Below, piece by piece: positions 43,620-57,397 of a stretch of 64,000 nt of DNA. Position 1 is the stretch's first letter; each line of letters starts with the position of its first letter. A program made the translations under genes and the position numbers. The notes beneath the pieces are model-generated. The model was not told the origin of the DNA. It saw only the letters and a program-made list of their open reading frames with translations, and did not search any database. The stretch lies in NCBI GenBank assembly GCA_951406725.2, contig OX597838.1:9486001-9550000 (forward strand). Direction: 5' to 3'. This DNA is from Octopus vulgaris. Its lineage: Eukaryota.

Positions 43620-43768
43620 ACTCTTTTTTTTACTCTTTTATTTGTTTCAGTCATTTGACTGCGGCCATGCTGGAGCACCGCCTTTAGTCGAGCAAATCGA
43701 CCCCAGGACTTATTCTTTGTAAGCCTAGTACTTATTCTATCCGACTCTTTTGCCGAACCGCTAAGTTA
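43620..43768 (-). mobile_element. SINE family 1, 3' fragment
   Basis: Family 3' body and tail only. Confidence 0.88.
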
Positions 43769-43829
43769 TTATATATACAGACACATATACATATATACAT
43801 ATGTGTGTGTATACATGCATGTTTATGTA

Positions 43830-43887
<58 letters not shown>

Positions 43888-44019
43888 CTACACGCTTACA
43901 TGTATATACATGTATATACAAATGCAGATATACAAATACGTACAGTCTTACACGTGTACCCCTTTGCGGGCACACAATGTATCTATATTTACCTGGCCTC
44001 TTTTTAGGTAGATTATTCT

Positions 44020-44470
44020 GCACTTCTTGAGTTCGAATTCCATTCTAATATCAGTACCAAAACAGTGGACCGTGTTCACCAAGGAAATCATTTGTGTCTC
44101 ATCCTTGCCATGTTGTTGCAAATCATCCATGAACCGGAAGTGCTTGGTTGTTTGGGACTTTCCCTTTAGTTGGTACTCCAGGATCATTCTCCTAAGTACG
44201 AAGGTCAGTGGAATCATGCAGAGAACAAAAAGTAAAAGAGATTGGTTATCACTCTGGAAAATCCCTCTTCTGATACCCAGGGTGCCCAAGCTTTTTCCGT
44301 AAGATGTCAGTTCAGTTTTCCGCCCCACCATACTTCTCTTCAGGAAGCACGTTTCATTCTTCGCAATTCCAAACAGATCTAGGTGCTCGATGATCCACGA
44401 ATGTGGAATCTTATCATAAGCTTTGAGATAATCAATCTAGGTCATTCCTAGATGTGTTCTCCTTCCTTTA
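44020..44470 (-). pseudogene. R4/Dong-clade non-LTR reverse transcriptase fragment
   Basis: HLGMT*IDYLKAYDKIPHSWII...IRRGIFQSD..SLLLFVLCMIPL...HFRFMDDL...DIRMEFELKKC. Confidence 0.85.
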
Positions 44471-44562
44471 CAATCTTGCATTACCATTTTGCCTATCAAT
44501 GGCTGGCCTTGTACCAATATTTGAAACCGCTATTATTGTTGTTGTTGTTGCTATTGCGACTG

Positions 44563-44855
44563 CGCGGCGGCTAGCTGGCAGGGTCGTTAACGCGCTGAAC
44601 AAAGTGCTAAGCCGTATTTCTTCTCAGTTCAAATTATGTCGAGGTCAGCTTTGCCTTTCATCCTCTCGTGGTCGATAAAATAAGCACCAGTTGAGCACTG
44701 GGTCAATGTAGTCGACTTTCCCCGCCTTCCAACATTGCAGGCCTTGTGCCAAAATCAGAATAAATTACTGTTATTATTTATCCTTTCGGGGGTCGATCTA
44801 CTTGACTCCTCTTCTCCTCAGAATTGTTTAGCCTTGTGCCAAAATTAGAAAGCAT
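44563..44855 (+). mobile_element. SINE family 2, old copies
   Basis: Diverged consensus matches. Confidence 0.75.
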
Positions 44856-46059
44856 TAGTATCATTATGGACATTTCCTACGCTTCCCTCTTTCCTTTTTC
44901 ATCTTCACAATTTTCCTTCTTATTTTCCTTCAACATCGTCTGCCTATAACGTCTCTTTTTTTTTTTCAATTCATTCTTTTCCCAACCACCACCCCCTCCT
45001 CCTCCTTCCCTCCTCCTCATCCTCCTCATCCTCTTCCTCCTCTGTCATCTCCTTCATTTGACTTCTTCCTCTTCTCCTTTCAGTTTTCCTTCTCCGATTT
45101 CTGTTTACCATCGTCAGGTTTGTCTGTCGCAAACAATCATCGTAGAATGCCGTCTGCTCTGTAATGGCGTCCCGGTCAGCTATACTTAGCCTGACTTTTA
45201 ATAGAGCTAAATGGTCGCCTTATCTGACAGGAACCATTCTTCAACGATTTTTGTTTGTTTTTTTTTTATTCGTTTACAGCCATTACTGTACCACACACAC
45301 AACACACACAACACACATACATACATTCATACAAACACATTCTTATAAAAATACATGCATAAATGCACATGCAAAATCCTACACTTCTATAAACAAAATG
45401 GCAATGTATTTACTCATACGTACATCAACACATACAAGGATACATACTTAAATACATAATGAATAACACAGACATTTTCATCTCGTATAGATAGCAGAAA
45501 CAGGAATTGATACATGTATAATATGGGTGCAAAAAATATATATCATATATCTATGTCTGAGTGATAGAGAAACGGAAAGAAGAGACAGACAGACAGAGTA
45601 TGTGTAAGTATATGTGTAAGTATATGTGTAAGTATATGAGAAAGCTAATGTCAGTTCATAAAGTGGTCGTGTGCAATGTGTTGTAAAAACAGCGAGCATT
45701 TCGTTAATGTAAATTCGGTCAGACATGACTATACAAACCAGTAAATTGGAATGAAAAACTTTGCAACTTAACCAAAGAAAAATAACAAAATACAAAGCAA
45801 AACCTAAGTCTTTAAGGTTTCATTTACAATTGCAAATATCTTCGGAAGACTTATTAAAGAGATTGGTACATTTGTAAGGTTGCTTTATTATTAATTTTTT
45901 TCAGCACTCAAAGTAATATATCATTTTATACACCAAAACGATTTGGTGAAACGGAGGCTTGTATCGAAAGAGTATCAAAAGTAAAATGTTTGAAGTGGTG
46001 TACGTGTGTGTGTGTGTGTGTACGTATGTATGTATATATACATGTATACCTACGTATGT

Positions 46060-46342
46060 GAAGACACATAACCTAGTCGTAAGGGTGTTGCACTCACGAT
46101 TGCTAGATCGAGTGTTCGATTCCCGAACCGGGCGGCGTTTTGTGTTCTCGAGCAAACCACTCCATTTCCTTCAGCTCCAGTCCACTCAGCTGTAAATGGG
46201 TCGCCCTCCGACAGAATAGTCTTCCGATCCGGCGGAATGTTAGTTTGCTCTTCTAGCCAGCGGAGTGGTATCATTCGAAGACTAAAATAGTGCGAAGTGT
46301 ATTGTGACCATCGATGTATGCTCCATCCGATACTCTGGTCAA
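46060..46342 (+). mobile_element. SINE family 4
   Basis: B-box GTGTTCGATTCCC; CTCCAGTCCACTCAGCTGTAAATGG. Confidence 0.75.
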
Positions 46343-46451
46343 TACCGCGATATATCTGTGTGTGCGTATGCCTGTGTTTGTGTGTGCACGTGTATTCTCG
46401 ACATGCATATAAGTCTTATGAATCTATTATATTTACATGTATTATTACTAT

Positions 46452-46986
46452 TGAGTGAGCGAGCAGAGCATGCCATCAAAGTGACACTGGGGTACAAATA
46501 TACGAAGCCCAGTATACCCATCATGACTACCCGTCTGATTAGGTTACACCAGGCACATGCATCACAACCATATGTGCACGACATGGTGATATCATATCAA
46601 GATAAACAGCACATGACCTTGCAGGTGGGGCCCAGTTAGAATCTTCTTCTGGTCGAGTAGCCCATCTCACTCAAAAGGGCCTTGAATAAAGGTTAAGGAT
46701 CTTGAACAAAACAACCATGTTTCCAGAGGTGAATTATTTAAACTCAAAAGAATTCCCCTCAACATATGGCTATGATGCTCCCTCACTATTTCTACTCGTG
46801 ATCAGTGATGTACATATCGTCAGCCCCCAAGAGACATGATCAACTGGTTATGGTCAAACAAGTGACCAGCATATTTGGTGTTGAGCAGAATATTTGCTGT
46901 AGCCCATCTTTTATACCAAGAGAAAACAATGTACATGATAACACTTCCAATCAGTTAAGATCAGAAGCCATGAGAGCCGCTGTCTG
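46452..46986. mobile_element. Unclassified interspersed repeat sitting in an (ATT)n tract
   Basis: Diverged inverted partial copy at ~59530-59690 (GGAGCATCATAGCCATGTGTT vs AACATATGGCTATGATGCTCC); ATT repeats on both flanks. Confidence 0.6.
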
Positions 46987-47057
<71 letters not shown>

Positions 47058-47653
47058 CATCAATATCATTATTATTATCATTATTATTATGAAACTGATG
47101 ATGTATTTCCAATACTGTGAAATACGCATAACACGGAATTAAAGATATAAAAGATATATCACATTTTCAAGTCTTTACACACACACACACACATACACAC
47201 ACGCACACACACACACATACAGAGATAGTGAGGGGGAGAATGACAGAGTGATAACTACAGACACACAATTACTGAATGTGTTAGACAATGTTCCGCCATT
47301 GAATTTTTCTTTTTTCCATTTGGTTGTCGGTTGATGCTAAACAGATGTTTTGAAATGTGTTAAAATGTAAATGGAGTCAACTGAAAAGTTAAAGGTTAAC
47401 AACCTAGGGGTTAAAGGTCAAACATGTGAATGTTATTAAAAGAAGCGTTTGACTGATAACACGTTCCTATAATCGATATCACTCCATATCTGAAAGTCAC
47501 TGCAAATCATTTGATCTGTTCTGTTTAATTTATTCTCAACCAACGAAGTTTGTTGTTCAGACAGGGGCAGATAACTTTTTATTGTCATTTAAGCAGCCTC
47601 CACCGAAATGCGTTTCACCTCGCAGCGCTGGAAATCTCTTGTCTTTCACTAGC

Positions 47654-48071
47654 TTTACTCTTTTACTCTTTTACTTGTTTCAGTCATTTGACTGCGGCCA
47701 TGCTGGAGCACCGCCTTTTTAATCGAGCAACTCGACCCCGGGACTTATTCTTTATAAGCCCAGTACTTATTCTATCGGTCTCTTTTGCCGAACCGCTAAG
47801 TGACGGGGACATAAACACACCAGCATCGGTTGTCAAGCAATGCTAGGGGGACAAACACAACCATACACGCACCCATATATATATATATACATATATATAC
47901 ATATATACGACGGGCTTCTTTCAGTTTCCGTCTACCAAATCCACTCACAAGGCTTTGGTCGGCCCGAGGCTATAGTAGAAGATACTTGCCCAAGGTGCCG
48001 CGCAGTGGGACTGAACCCGGAACCATGTGGTTGGTAAACAAGCTACTTACCACACAGCCACTCATGCGCCT
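47654..48071 (-). mobile_element. SINE family 1, full length
   Basis: Family consensus. Confidence 0.92.
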
Positions 48072-48349
48072 AATTTTGGTAAATCTTCAATATCATATTG
48101 TATGACAGGCCAGTCCCTTGCAGATCAAGCAATCTGTCTTACCATCAAACTATCATACTCTTCGAGTGATACCTCCAACGGATTGATGACTGAATTACTT
48201 CGGTTTTACACTTGGTTCTGAGACGCTCTGTCGCTTAAATGAGGTTGGATTCTGATTTACTTCCCTTGAAATTCCGTGGGATAGGTTTTCTCACCAACGA
48301 CTTCGGCTGAAAAAGTTCATAGTATTCGCGTAAGCGCGCTTTATTATAT

Positions 48350-48392
48350 TTACTACTACTTCTACGACGACTATCACTTCTACCACTACAAA

Positions 48393-48434
<42 letters not shown>

Positions 48435-48508
48435 AACTGCTGCTGCTACTACTACTACTACCATCACTACTACTAACACTGCTGCAGTTGCTGCTGGTGC
48501 TGCTGCTG

Positions 48509-48542
<34 letters not shown>

Positions 48543-48607
48543 AACTGCTGCAACTACTACTACTACCATCACTACTACTAACACTGCTGCAGTTGCTGCT
48601 GGTGCTG

Positions 48608-48643
<36 letters not shown>

Positions 48644-48645
48644 TT
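48350..48645. repeat. (CTA)n/(CTG)n tract with an internal ~100-bp duplication
   Basis: ACCATCACTACTACTAACACTGCTGCAGTTGCTGCTGGTGCTGCT occurs twice. Confidence 0.92.
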
Positions 48646-48875
48646 GTTTAATGTCTTGACTAATTTCGTGTGACTATCAATCGGAGATTATCTAACCCTT
48701 GTATTTTTACTTCATTTGCTCTTACACAGACGCAGCCGTTGTTGTCCTGTCTCGTTCGCATAAAGAAGCCTAGTATTCCTCGAATAGGCTTGTTTCATTC
48801 TGCACTCATTGCCTTCTTAATCGTTTTCTATAAACGTTTTGCATCTTAATTCTTTATTGTTAACGTACCACAACA

Positions 48876-49081
48876 GGCATGGCTGTGTGATAAGAAGCTT
48901 CCTTCATAAGCACATGGTTCCGGGTTCGGTCCCACTGCGTGGCAAGTGTATTCTACTATAGCCTCAGCCCGACTAAAGCCTTGTGAGTGGATTTGGTTGA
49001 CAGGAACTGGAAGAAGCCTCTCCTTTTTATGTGTGTGTGTGTGTGTGAGTGTGTGTGCGTGTGTGTGTGCGCGCGCGCGTG

Positions 49082-49125
<44 letters not shown>

Positions 49126-49358
49126 GATGTATATATATATATGTGTCACTTTGTTTGTCCATCACCATCACCATTTGACAACCACTGTTGGTGTGTTTAC
49201 GTCCCCGTAACAGCGGTTCGGCAAAAGAGACAGATAGAATAAGTACTAGGCTTCATAAATCAAGTCCTGGGGTCGATTTGTTCGACTAAAACCCCTCAAG
49301 GTAGTGCTCCAGCATAGTTGCAGTTAAATGACTGAAACAGGTGAATGAATAAAAGAAT
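48876..49358 (+). mobile_element. SINE family 1, full length, older copy
   Basis: GGCATGGCTGTGTG head, B-box GGTTCGGTCCC, internal (TG)n. Confidence 0.9.
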
Positions 49359-50654
49359 ACCACAACCAACACATCTACATTCACTAATCCCGATTAAGTG
49401 TACCGTAAATCCGTTTTCGAAAGCTTTAATCCTTTGGCTACCCTGTGTAATACATATGTTACACAGAACATATGTTTCTGGCCTCTTTGTCTCATATATG
49501 ATACATATTCCTAATATTTTACATAGATTTTTACTCTAATACTAAACCGGAAATACTGACAATCGCTGCCTAACACTATACCGGTAACAACATAAAAGCC
49601 TCTGGTTTAAGTATGGTAGTTTAAGTATAGTGGTTTAAGTAAGGAACTGCGAGCTTGGGGAAGGGGTCTCGTGAGCCACTACATTTTTTTATTCAATTTT
49701 ATTGTCATACACATTTTCATTTATTCAATTTACGTACCCCACGTTTTGTGTTGCCCGTCTTCGTATTGTCCACTCTTTTTTAAGGCTATATGCCTATAAT
49801 AAAGATATAAAGTATGGTAGTGCTAGTAGATGAGTATTTCTGCATCATTTAGGCTTCTTTAGTAGCAGGTACCCACTGGTGACTGCATGCTAAGACAAGA
49901 TCCTTCGTCACTGAAATAGGAAAACTGAAAAATCACTGATGTTGCAATTAGCCGGCCGACTGAATAAAATTCGCTATGTGCAATGGAAATGGTGTTAGTT
50001 TAAAAGAGCAATCTGTATATCATAGCTAATGCAGATAAACACTGGGAAGTCGAATAAAATGCAGTATAATTCCTGGGATAATATCTCTTAAAGACGTACA
50101 CGTAGATAACTCGTAATGCTCAAAAGAACCCGTAATACTCAAAATAATTCGTAAAACTGAAAACATATAAAACAAGGACTATAACTAGAAGATTCAAAAC
50201 GAGTATGACAATGCTTGAGACAGGTAAAGTGTTAAGTTTGTAGGCAAAAAAAAAAAAACGAATAGCCTTAAATATAATTAAAATTCTTCATTTCTTTTAG
50301 TTCTTTTCATTAATATGTGATCATTTTTACACATCTGTAGCCTTGTACGTTTATCTTAGTAAGATCTCAAAAAGCCGGCGTAAATACCGTAAGGCATTTT
50401 AACGCTTCTATCATCTTGCCGCTCAATAAGAGCCTACTTGTGCTAAGCAGCAGCAACAAAAACAACAACAACAAGACGACGAGGATGACGATGATGACGA
50501 CGACAAAACCAAGACTAACAATTAACAGTATCAAAATGAACGACGTATTTGCAAGAAAAACATTTTACTGGGAACAGAACTAATTATAAATCAAAGCTAA
50601 AATATAAAATTAACGAGAACTTTAATTTCTTAACCAGACAGTATTATGTTGCCG

Positions 50655-51039
50655 CAGTTTGACCTGTATGTGGGCTGGAGCTTGTCTTTGGAGTGTGCCA
50701 AGATGTGATCTGTGTGTGTGTGAGCCAAGATGCGGCCTCCTTGACCTGCGTGTGTGCCGAGTAGTAGCGTGCGTATATGCTGAGGTTTGGCCTGGGTGTA
50801 TCTGGGGTGTGATTCGGGTGCGTAGCCTTGTTGTGTGCTGGATTGTAACTGGAGTATACGTCGGGCTGTGTGCCTGGAATTGTGCCGCAGTGTATCCCGG
50901 ATTTGTGCCGGGTTGTGACTTGTATGTGTGCCAGATTGTGGACTGGGTGTGTACCGCAGCGTTGCTTGGGGGTGTACCGGAGTATGATTTGGGGATGTGT
51001 GTCGCTATGTAGTCAGGTTATGTGCTGGGATATGACCTC

Positions 51040-51040
<1 letters not shown>
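50655..51040. repeat. Degenerate ~23-bp GT-rich minisatellite
   Basis: Recurrent TTGTGACCTGT.TGTGTGCC.G-like units. Confidence 0.7.
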
Positions 51041-51070
<30 letters not shown>

Positions 51071-51237
51071 TCCACAAAGATTTCAGGTCTTGTGTCTATA
51101 ATAAGGAAATAAAAGTATTATATTTAACTTGCACTGTTATGCCATCATATTCATCTATATAATTTCAGCTAGAACTATATTTTAGCTTAATCTACAATTT
51201 ATTTGCGATCCGAGTTGTTCGAAAACCGAGGTACTAC

Positions 51238-51307
<70 letters not shown>

Positions 51308-51329
51308 TGTGTGTATGTGTGTGTGTATA

Positions 51330-51466
51330 CCAAGTTCATTCACAAGGTTTTGGGCCGCCCCGAGGCGATAGTTAGAGATACTTGCCCAGGATACCACTCA
51401 GCGGAACTGAATCCAGAACCATGTAGTTGTGAAGGAAGCTTTTTGTCACACTACCACGCCTGCACC
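51330..51466 (-). mobile_element. SINE family 1, head fragment
   Basis: Diverged match to the family 5' half. Confidence 0.75.
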
Positions 51467-53026
51467 TGTAACAGCCATGCTTTCCTTTTTCTTTTTCTTT
51501 ATTCTTTTTTCTTTTTCTAGTAGTCCTATGTTCCGTAGTTTCGTACGATGTAAATTACGATTCTGAAAGAATTAAGATTTTTCCCTAGAATTCCAGTTGT
51601 CTTATATATATATATATATATGTATATATATTACCTCCTCTCCCCTCCCCTCTCCTCTATTTCCGTGCCATTTTATTTCCCAAGAGCTACTCATAGCTTT
51701 CATTCCGAAACGCTGCCCGGAAAAGTATCATTTATTATGAATAAATGAAAGCTCACGAATCAATATGGTTTGTAATAAGGTGTGAGCTTAAGATGTGCAT
51801 GTATGCGTTTGCATCCCTGTGTTCATGTACGTGTGTGTGAACGTGTGTGTGTGGGACGGGTGTACCCGTGTGTGTCTGACGATTTGTATGTCCTATGTAA
51901 GGGAACATATTTTTGAGTGACATGCGGTTTATCTTAGAAAGGGTCAACCATTGTCACACCTCGAAATCTTTTCTGTCCTTGAAGAGCTTAATCAAGATGT
52001 AGATATGCAGTTCGGGAATAAGGATTTGCAGTCGCCATCCGCCATCTTGGAAGTTCATCAGAAATTCTCAATGTGTGACGCTTGTAAATGTTTCACATAC
52101 GTTTGGAAAGAAAACAAAAGCTTGCGTTTTCCAAACAACCCTCGGGAGGCATATCTGATGAGGAAGAAACACATTAGTTATTATATATGTATTATGACGT
52201 CCAATTAGAGATTTTAACCTTTTATCTTTCAGATTACTCTGTCAAGTGCAGAATAAGACCCCCTTCGGTCGTGAATGACCACGGGATCGAACCTAGAAAG
52301 TTCCCCTCCGAGGTACAGGTCCAGACAAGGTTGTTTATGGAAGACCAGCAGTCACCCATGTGGAAGTCTACACAAAACCTAACTACACTTCTGCTGATAA
52401 AACCAAAAACATTGTGAAGCTTGAAGTATTCACATGTGAATACTTCAAGCTTCAAGCTTCTAATATCTAATAACAAATAAAGTGAAGCTCATTGCAATTC
52501 TTAATATCATCTCTATAAAATTTCATGTATTGAAATTGAAATATTTGGTTGTGAAACCTTTCCTTGGCCAATATTGGTTTCCAACACACATAACAATGTA
52601 ACAATAATCTGAAAATTATATTGAGTGTGTTTCTGCGGTTAAGTGCCTTAGATATTAGGCTACTATACAAGTATTGGAAAACAATTTAAGTCATTAACTG
52701 AAAGAACTTGTCCAGAAAAGACCAAAACTGTTCCCTCAAACTGAATATGCATTTATTAAGAACATTTATGAACCACATTGAACTACTTATATTCGTGGAA
52801 AACGCCGGGTATCCTGCTAGTGTGTATGTATGTTGTGTCTCCATCATTCTGGTGATGTGTAACTGTTCTTACTGATTTCAGTTTGCTGCTAACGTATACG
52901 TATATACTTATACATACACATTCATATACACACACACACACGTGTCTGTATGTGTGTATTTATATGCACATGTCTATATATATACATATGTACACATACA
53001 TGCATATATATATATATATATATATA

Positions 53027-53237
53027 GTCAAAATGTGACCGCGTGTGTACCGTTCGCGATTTTTTTTCCTCTGTCTTCCCTTATCTGGATCTTTTCTTCT
53101 CCTATGTTTCCGACGAAGAGCTCCGCTCGAAACGTTACGCCCTCTTTCTTTCCTTCTTTCCTGAGCGTCCAATAATACTATCTTTGTTCCACGTCCTCGC
53201 GTTGTTGTGTTTTCTCTTTGTGTTTTCATGTTTGGAT

Positions 53238-53241
<4 letters not shown>
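53027..53241 (+). mobile_element. Short PLE-derived element (family B) in (TA)n, with a degenerate hammerhead-like motif at 53105-53140
   Basis: CCGACGA-A-GAGC-TCC-GCTC-GAAAC-GTT; shares TTCCTGAGCG...TAATAC with family A; (TA)n on both sides. Confidence 0.6.
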
Positions 53242-53276
<35 letters not shown>

Positions 53277-53351
53277 GTATATATATGCATATCCATAGAT
53301 ATTTATCCACGTGTAGATTATATATTTGTGTCTGTATGTATACACACACAG

Positions 53352-53439
<88 letters not shown>

Positions 53440-54137
53440 ATATATACATATACAAAGGGAGAGAATGCAAGAAAGGAAAAAATGAAAGAGAGACATAGAG
53501 AAAGAGAGGAACAGAGAGACAGAGAGACAGAGAAACAGAGACCGGTTAACACTATTATGTTGGGTGGGGTGGGGGGGTTAGAAAAACAACACCTTCAAGC
53601 CTAGTTGATTCAATTCAGCGATGATTATTTTGTTGCTTTTGTGTAATATAATCTAGCAATTGTTAATTAGAAAAGAATGCTACTGGATATGATTGATAGT
53701 TCTTCTTGCGTTTATAGTCACCAATATTTGCTGCAGACGTCCCCACTGAGAATTAATGTGATAAGTATTGCATTCCCAGAAGAATGGATGGAAAAGATAC
53801 TAATGATTGTTTAACCGTGTGTAAACTAATGTAATAAGACCACCTGATTTATTACTATTGATATTATTATTATTATTATTATTGTTATTGTTATTATTAT
53901 TATCGTTATTAATATCATCATTGTTGTTGTGGCTGTTGTTGTTGTTGTTGTTGTTGCAGTTGTTATATGTTGCAAAAATGTTTGTTCATCGTTTTACTAA
54001 TTCTTTCTTTCGTTTATTTTTCCCCTCTCCCCACCCCGTACGTACACAAGCACCCTCTCTTGATCTGTTAGCTATCTGTCTACTTCTATATACATGTGTG
54101 TGTATGTGTATACATATACATATACATACATACATAC

Positions 54138-54168
<31 letters not shown>

Positions 54169-54204
54169 AATATATATATATATGTATGTATATATGTATG
54201 TATG

Positions 54205-54298
<94 letters not shown>

Positions 54299-54624
54299 TA
54301 AGACATACATACATACATACATACATACATACATACATACATACATACATACATACATACATAATACATACATACATATATGCGTTTTCCACTCACACTA
54401 TCCATCTCTCTTGTGTGGTATCTTCTGATAACCTAGAGAGCAATAATATTTCACAAAAGGTTTTTCAGTTAATATATCATATGACATAAAATAATACAAT
54501 ATAACATAGTATAATATCCTTTAATGTAATGTAATGTAATATAATATAATCTACCTTTGTAATTCCATTGGTCAACTGTAGAAAAATGTCACAACGGTAC
54601 AACAAATATGCATATTTTTGCATT

Positions 54625-54990
54625 GGGTGGTGGTGGTGGTGGTGGTGGTGGTGGTGGTGGTGGTGGTGGTTGTGGTGGTGGTGGTGGCGGTGGTTGTGGT
54701 GGCATTGGTGGTGGTGGTGGTGGTGGTATTGATGGTTTGAGCAATGGTAGTGGGGTAGTATTAGTGATGGTGGTGGTGGTGGTGGTGGTGGTGGTGGTGG
54801 TGGTGGTGGTGGTGGTGGTGGTTTGATTGATGGTTTGAGCAATGGTAGTGGGAGTAGTATAAGTGATGGTGGTGGTGGTGGTGGTGGTGGCAATGGTGGT
54901 GGTGGTGGTGATGGTTGTGTTGGTGGTGGTGGTGGTGGTGGTGGTGGTGGTGGTGGTGGTGGTGGTGGTGGTGGTGGTGGTGGTTTTGGC
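54625..54990. repeat. (GGT)n tract with a duplicated interruption
   Basis: ATTGATGGTTTGAGCAATGGTAGTGGG occurs twice. Confidence 0.95.
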
Positions 54991-55619
54991 ATTGGCCGTG
55001 TTAGTGGTAGCGATATCGATGCTTCGCTGCTTTTTATTTAATCCCCGGCCGATCTTGCTGGATTATGTCTACGACCATCCTTTCCAACTATGGCCATCCA
55101 TTGTATTAGGTGTTTGTAGGACTACATTATCCAATCTGCTAATTCATTTCTTAAATTGTGAGATTAAACTGAAATCAAAGAGTGTGAGATTAAAGAGAGA
55201 TTTGGTTGCCATTTTTAGCATGTCTATCAAATATACTCGATTTGCTATGATTCGGTACAAGTGTCCGACAGAATAAGAACCAGGCTTTAAGAAAAATATG
55301 TACTGAGGTCGATGCCCCAGCATCTAATGACTGAAACAAGTAAAAGACAGATAAAAGAAGGTGTGTGTGTGTGTGTGTGTATGACGGGCTTACATACAGT
55401 TTCTGTTTTAAAATTACCGTTTGCATGTCATTAGTCAACTAAAATCTTGCGAACAGAGACTAGTAAACGAAACTCGTACAGAAACTTGCTGAGATATCGA
55501 ACCTGAAACATCATGGTTCCGAAGAGAATAAAGAACGCAACAAACCTTGCAGCGCCTGTCTACTCTGTGAGATAAGATAGAATTTTGTTCCTTGATTTAA
55601 GAATTATATTATACAAGGT

Positions 55620-55910
55620 GAAGGCGCGTGGCCAAGTGGGTACGGTGTTGCCCTTACAATCGTGACATTGGGATTTCGATTCTGGAGCAAAACTTAAGCA
55701 AAACCCCTTCATTTCACGTTGTTCCAACCCACTCAGCTGTAAATGAGTAAACCCTGCGAAGGACTGGCGTCCCGTCCAGGGGGTGATGGACGTTGGAGTG
55801 CCTGCCTAAGCAGGTGGGGAGATACCATCATTTGAAAGTTACACCAATGTGAGGCTGCACATGGTGACCAGCGGTGTATAACGACATCCAATAGTGTGGT
55901 CAGTACAGAG
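55620..55910 (+). mobile_element. SINE family 4
   Basis: GGCGCGTGGCCAAGTGG head; CCACTCAGCTGTAAATGAG. Confidence 0.7.
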
Positions 55911-55922
55911 ATACGAGAGAAT

Positions 55923-56345
55923 ACTCTTTACTCTTTTACTCTTTTACTTGTTTCAGTCATGTGACTGCGGCCATGCTGGAGCACCGCCTTTAGTCGATCA
56001 AATCGACCCCAGGACTTATCCTTTGTAAGCCTAGTACTTATTCTATCGGACTCTTTTTGCCGAACCGCTAAGTTACAGGGACGTAAACACACCAGCATCG
56101 GTTGTCAAGCGATGTTGGGAGGACAAACACAGACACGCAAACACGCACATACATATATATATATATATATATACATATATACGACGGGCTTCTTTCAGTT
56201 TCCGTCAACCAAATCCACTCACAAGGCTTTGGTCGGCCCGAGGCTATAGTAGAAGACACTTGCCCAAGGTGCCACGCAGTGGGACTGAACCCGGAACCAT
56301 GTGGTTCGTAAGCAAGCTACTTACCACACATCCACTCCTACGCCT
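55923..56345 (-). mobile_element. SINE family 1, full length
   Basis: Family consensus. Confidence 0.92.
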
Positions 56346-56925
56346 GTTGAAAAGTTCTTGGCTTTCAGTAGCAGAAAATACAGGAGGATCAATTAATTAT
56401 GATTTTATTCATCATATTTCCCTCTCAGGGTCACACCCTTACTGTAGCGGTCCTTCATTTTTACTGAGCGCTGTAAAAGAACTGGAATGCTGGACCTCCG
56501 ATCAGGCCTTTCGCGACTCCCTTAAAACCAGGAACTGTTCAGCACCCCCACGTACCGTGATCAAACAACGGCCGGCAGTTTTCTAGCACCATAGACTTTT
56601 GATTTGAGATTTTTGGAAAATTTACTGCTATTTCTAGCATATCCAGCGACCTAATAGAAGCTCTTTCGTTGCACTTCCGTAGTCGGACTAATAGCATTGT
56701 TTGGTGTCTGTAGATATATAACCGACGTAGACGTCAATATAAACACTGTAATGCGATACCAAATAATGATTGAGATGAAAACATTTAATTAAAAGACGCC
56801 GTTCAAACAAGGACAGTGAACTTCAAACATGGATGTATTTGTGTGTGTGTGTGTGTGTTTGTGTGTGTTAGTCTATATATGCGAGTATTTATATACATGA
56901 GTATATGTATAATATAAATGCGAGA

Positions 56926-56974
<49 letters not shown>

Positions 56975-57016
56975 CATATGTGTGTGTGTGTGTATATGCG
57001 TATATATATATATATT

Positions 57017-57048
<32 letters not shown>

Positions 57049-57179
57049 TATAAATATATTTACATATGTATGTATGTATATGTATATACATATTTATACA
57101 TACATACAAAAACACATCACTGACGCAACACGAGAGAGCGGTTAACATAGATCAGGGGAAAGTACGATCAGGATGAGGG

Positions 57180-57283
57180 AATAAAAGAGAAAGAAAGAAA
57201 GAAAGAAAGGAATAAAGAAAGAAAGAAAGAAGGAAGGAAAGAAAGAAAGAAAGAAGGAAAGAAAGAAAAAAGAAAGAAAGAAC

Positions 57284-57317
<34 letters not shown>

Positions 57318-57365
57318 AAGAAAGAAAGAAAAAAAGAAAGAGAGAAAGAAAGAAGGAAAGAAGGA

Positions 57366-57397
<32 letters not shown>

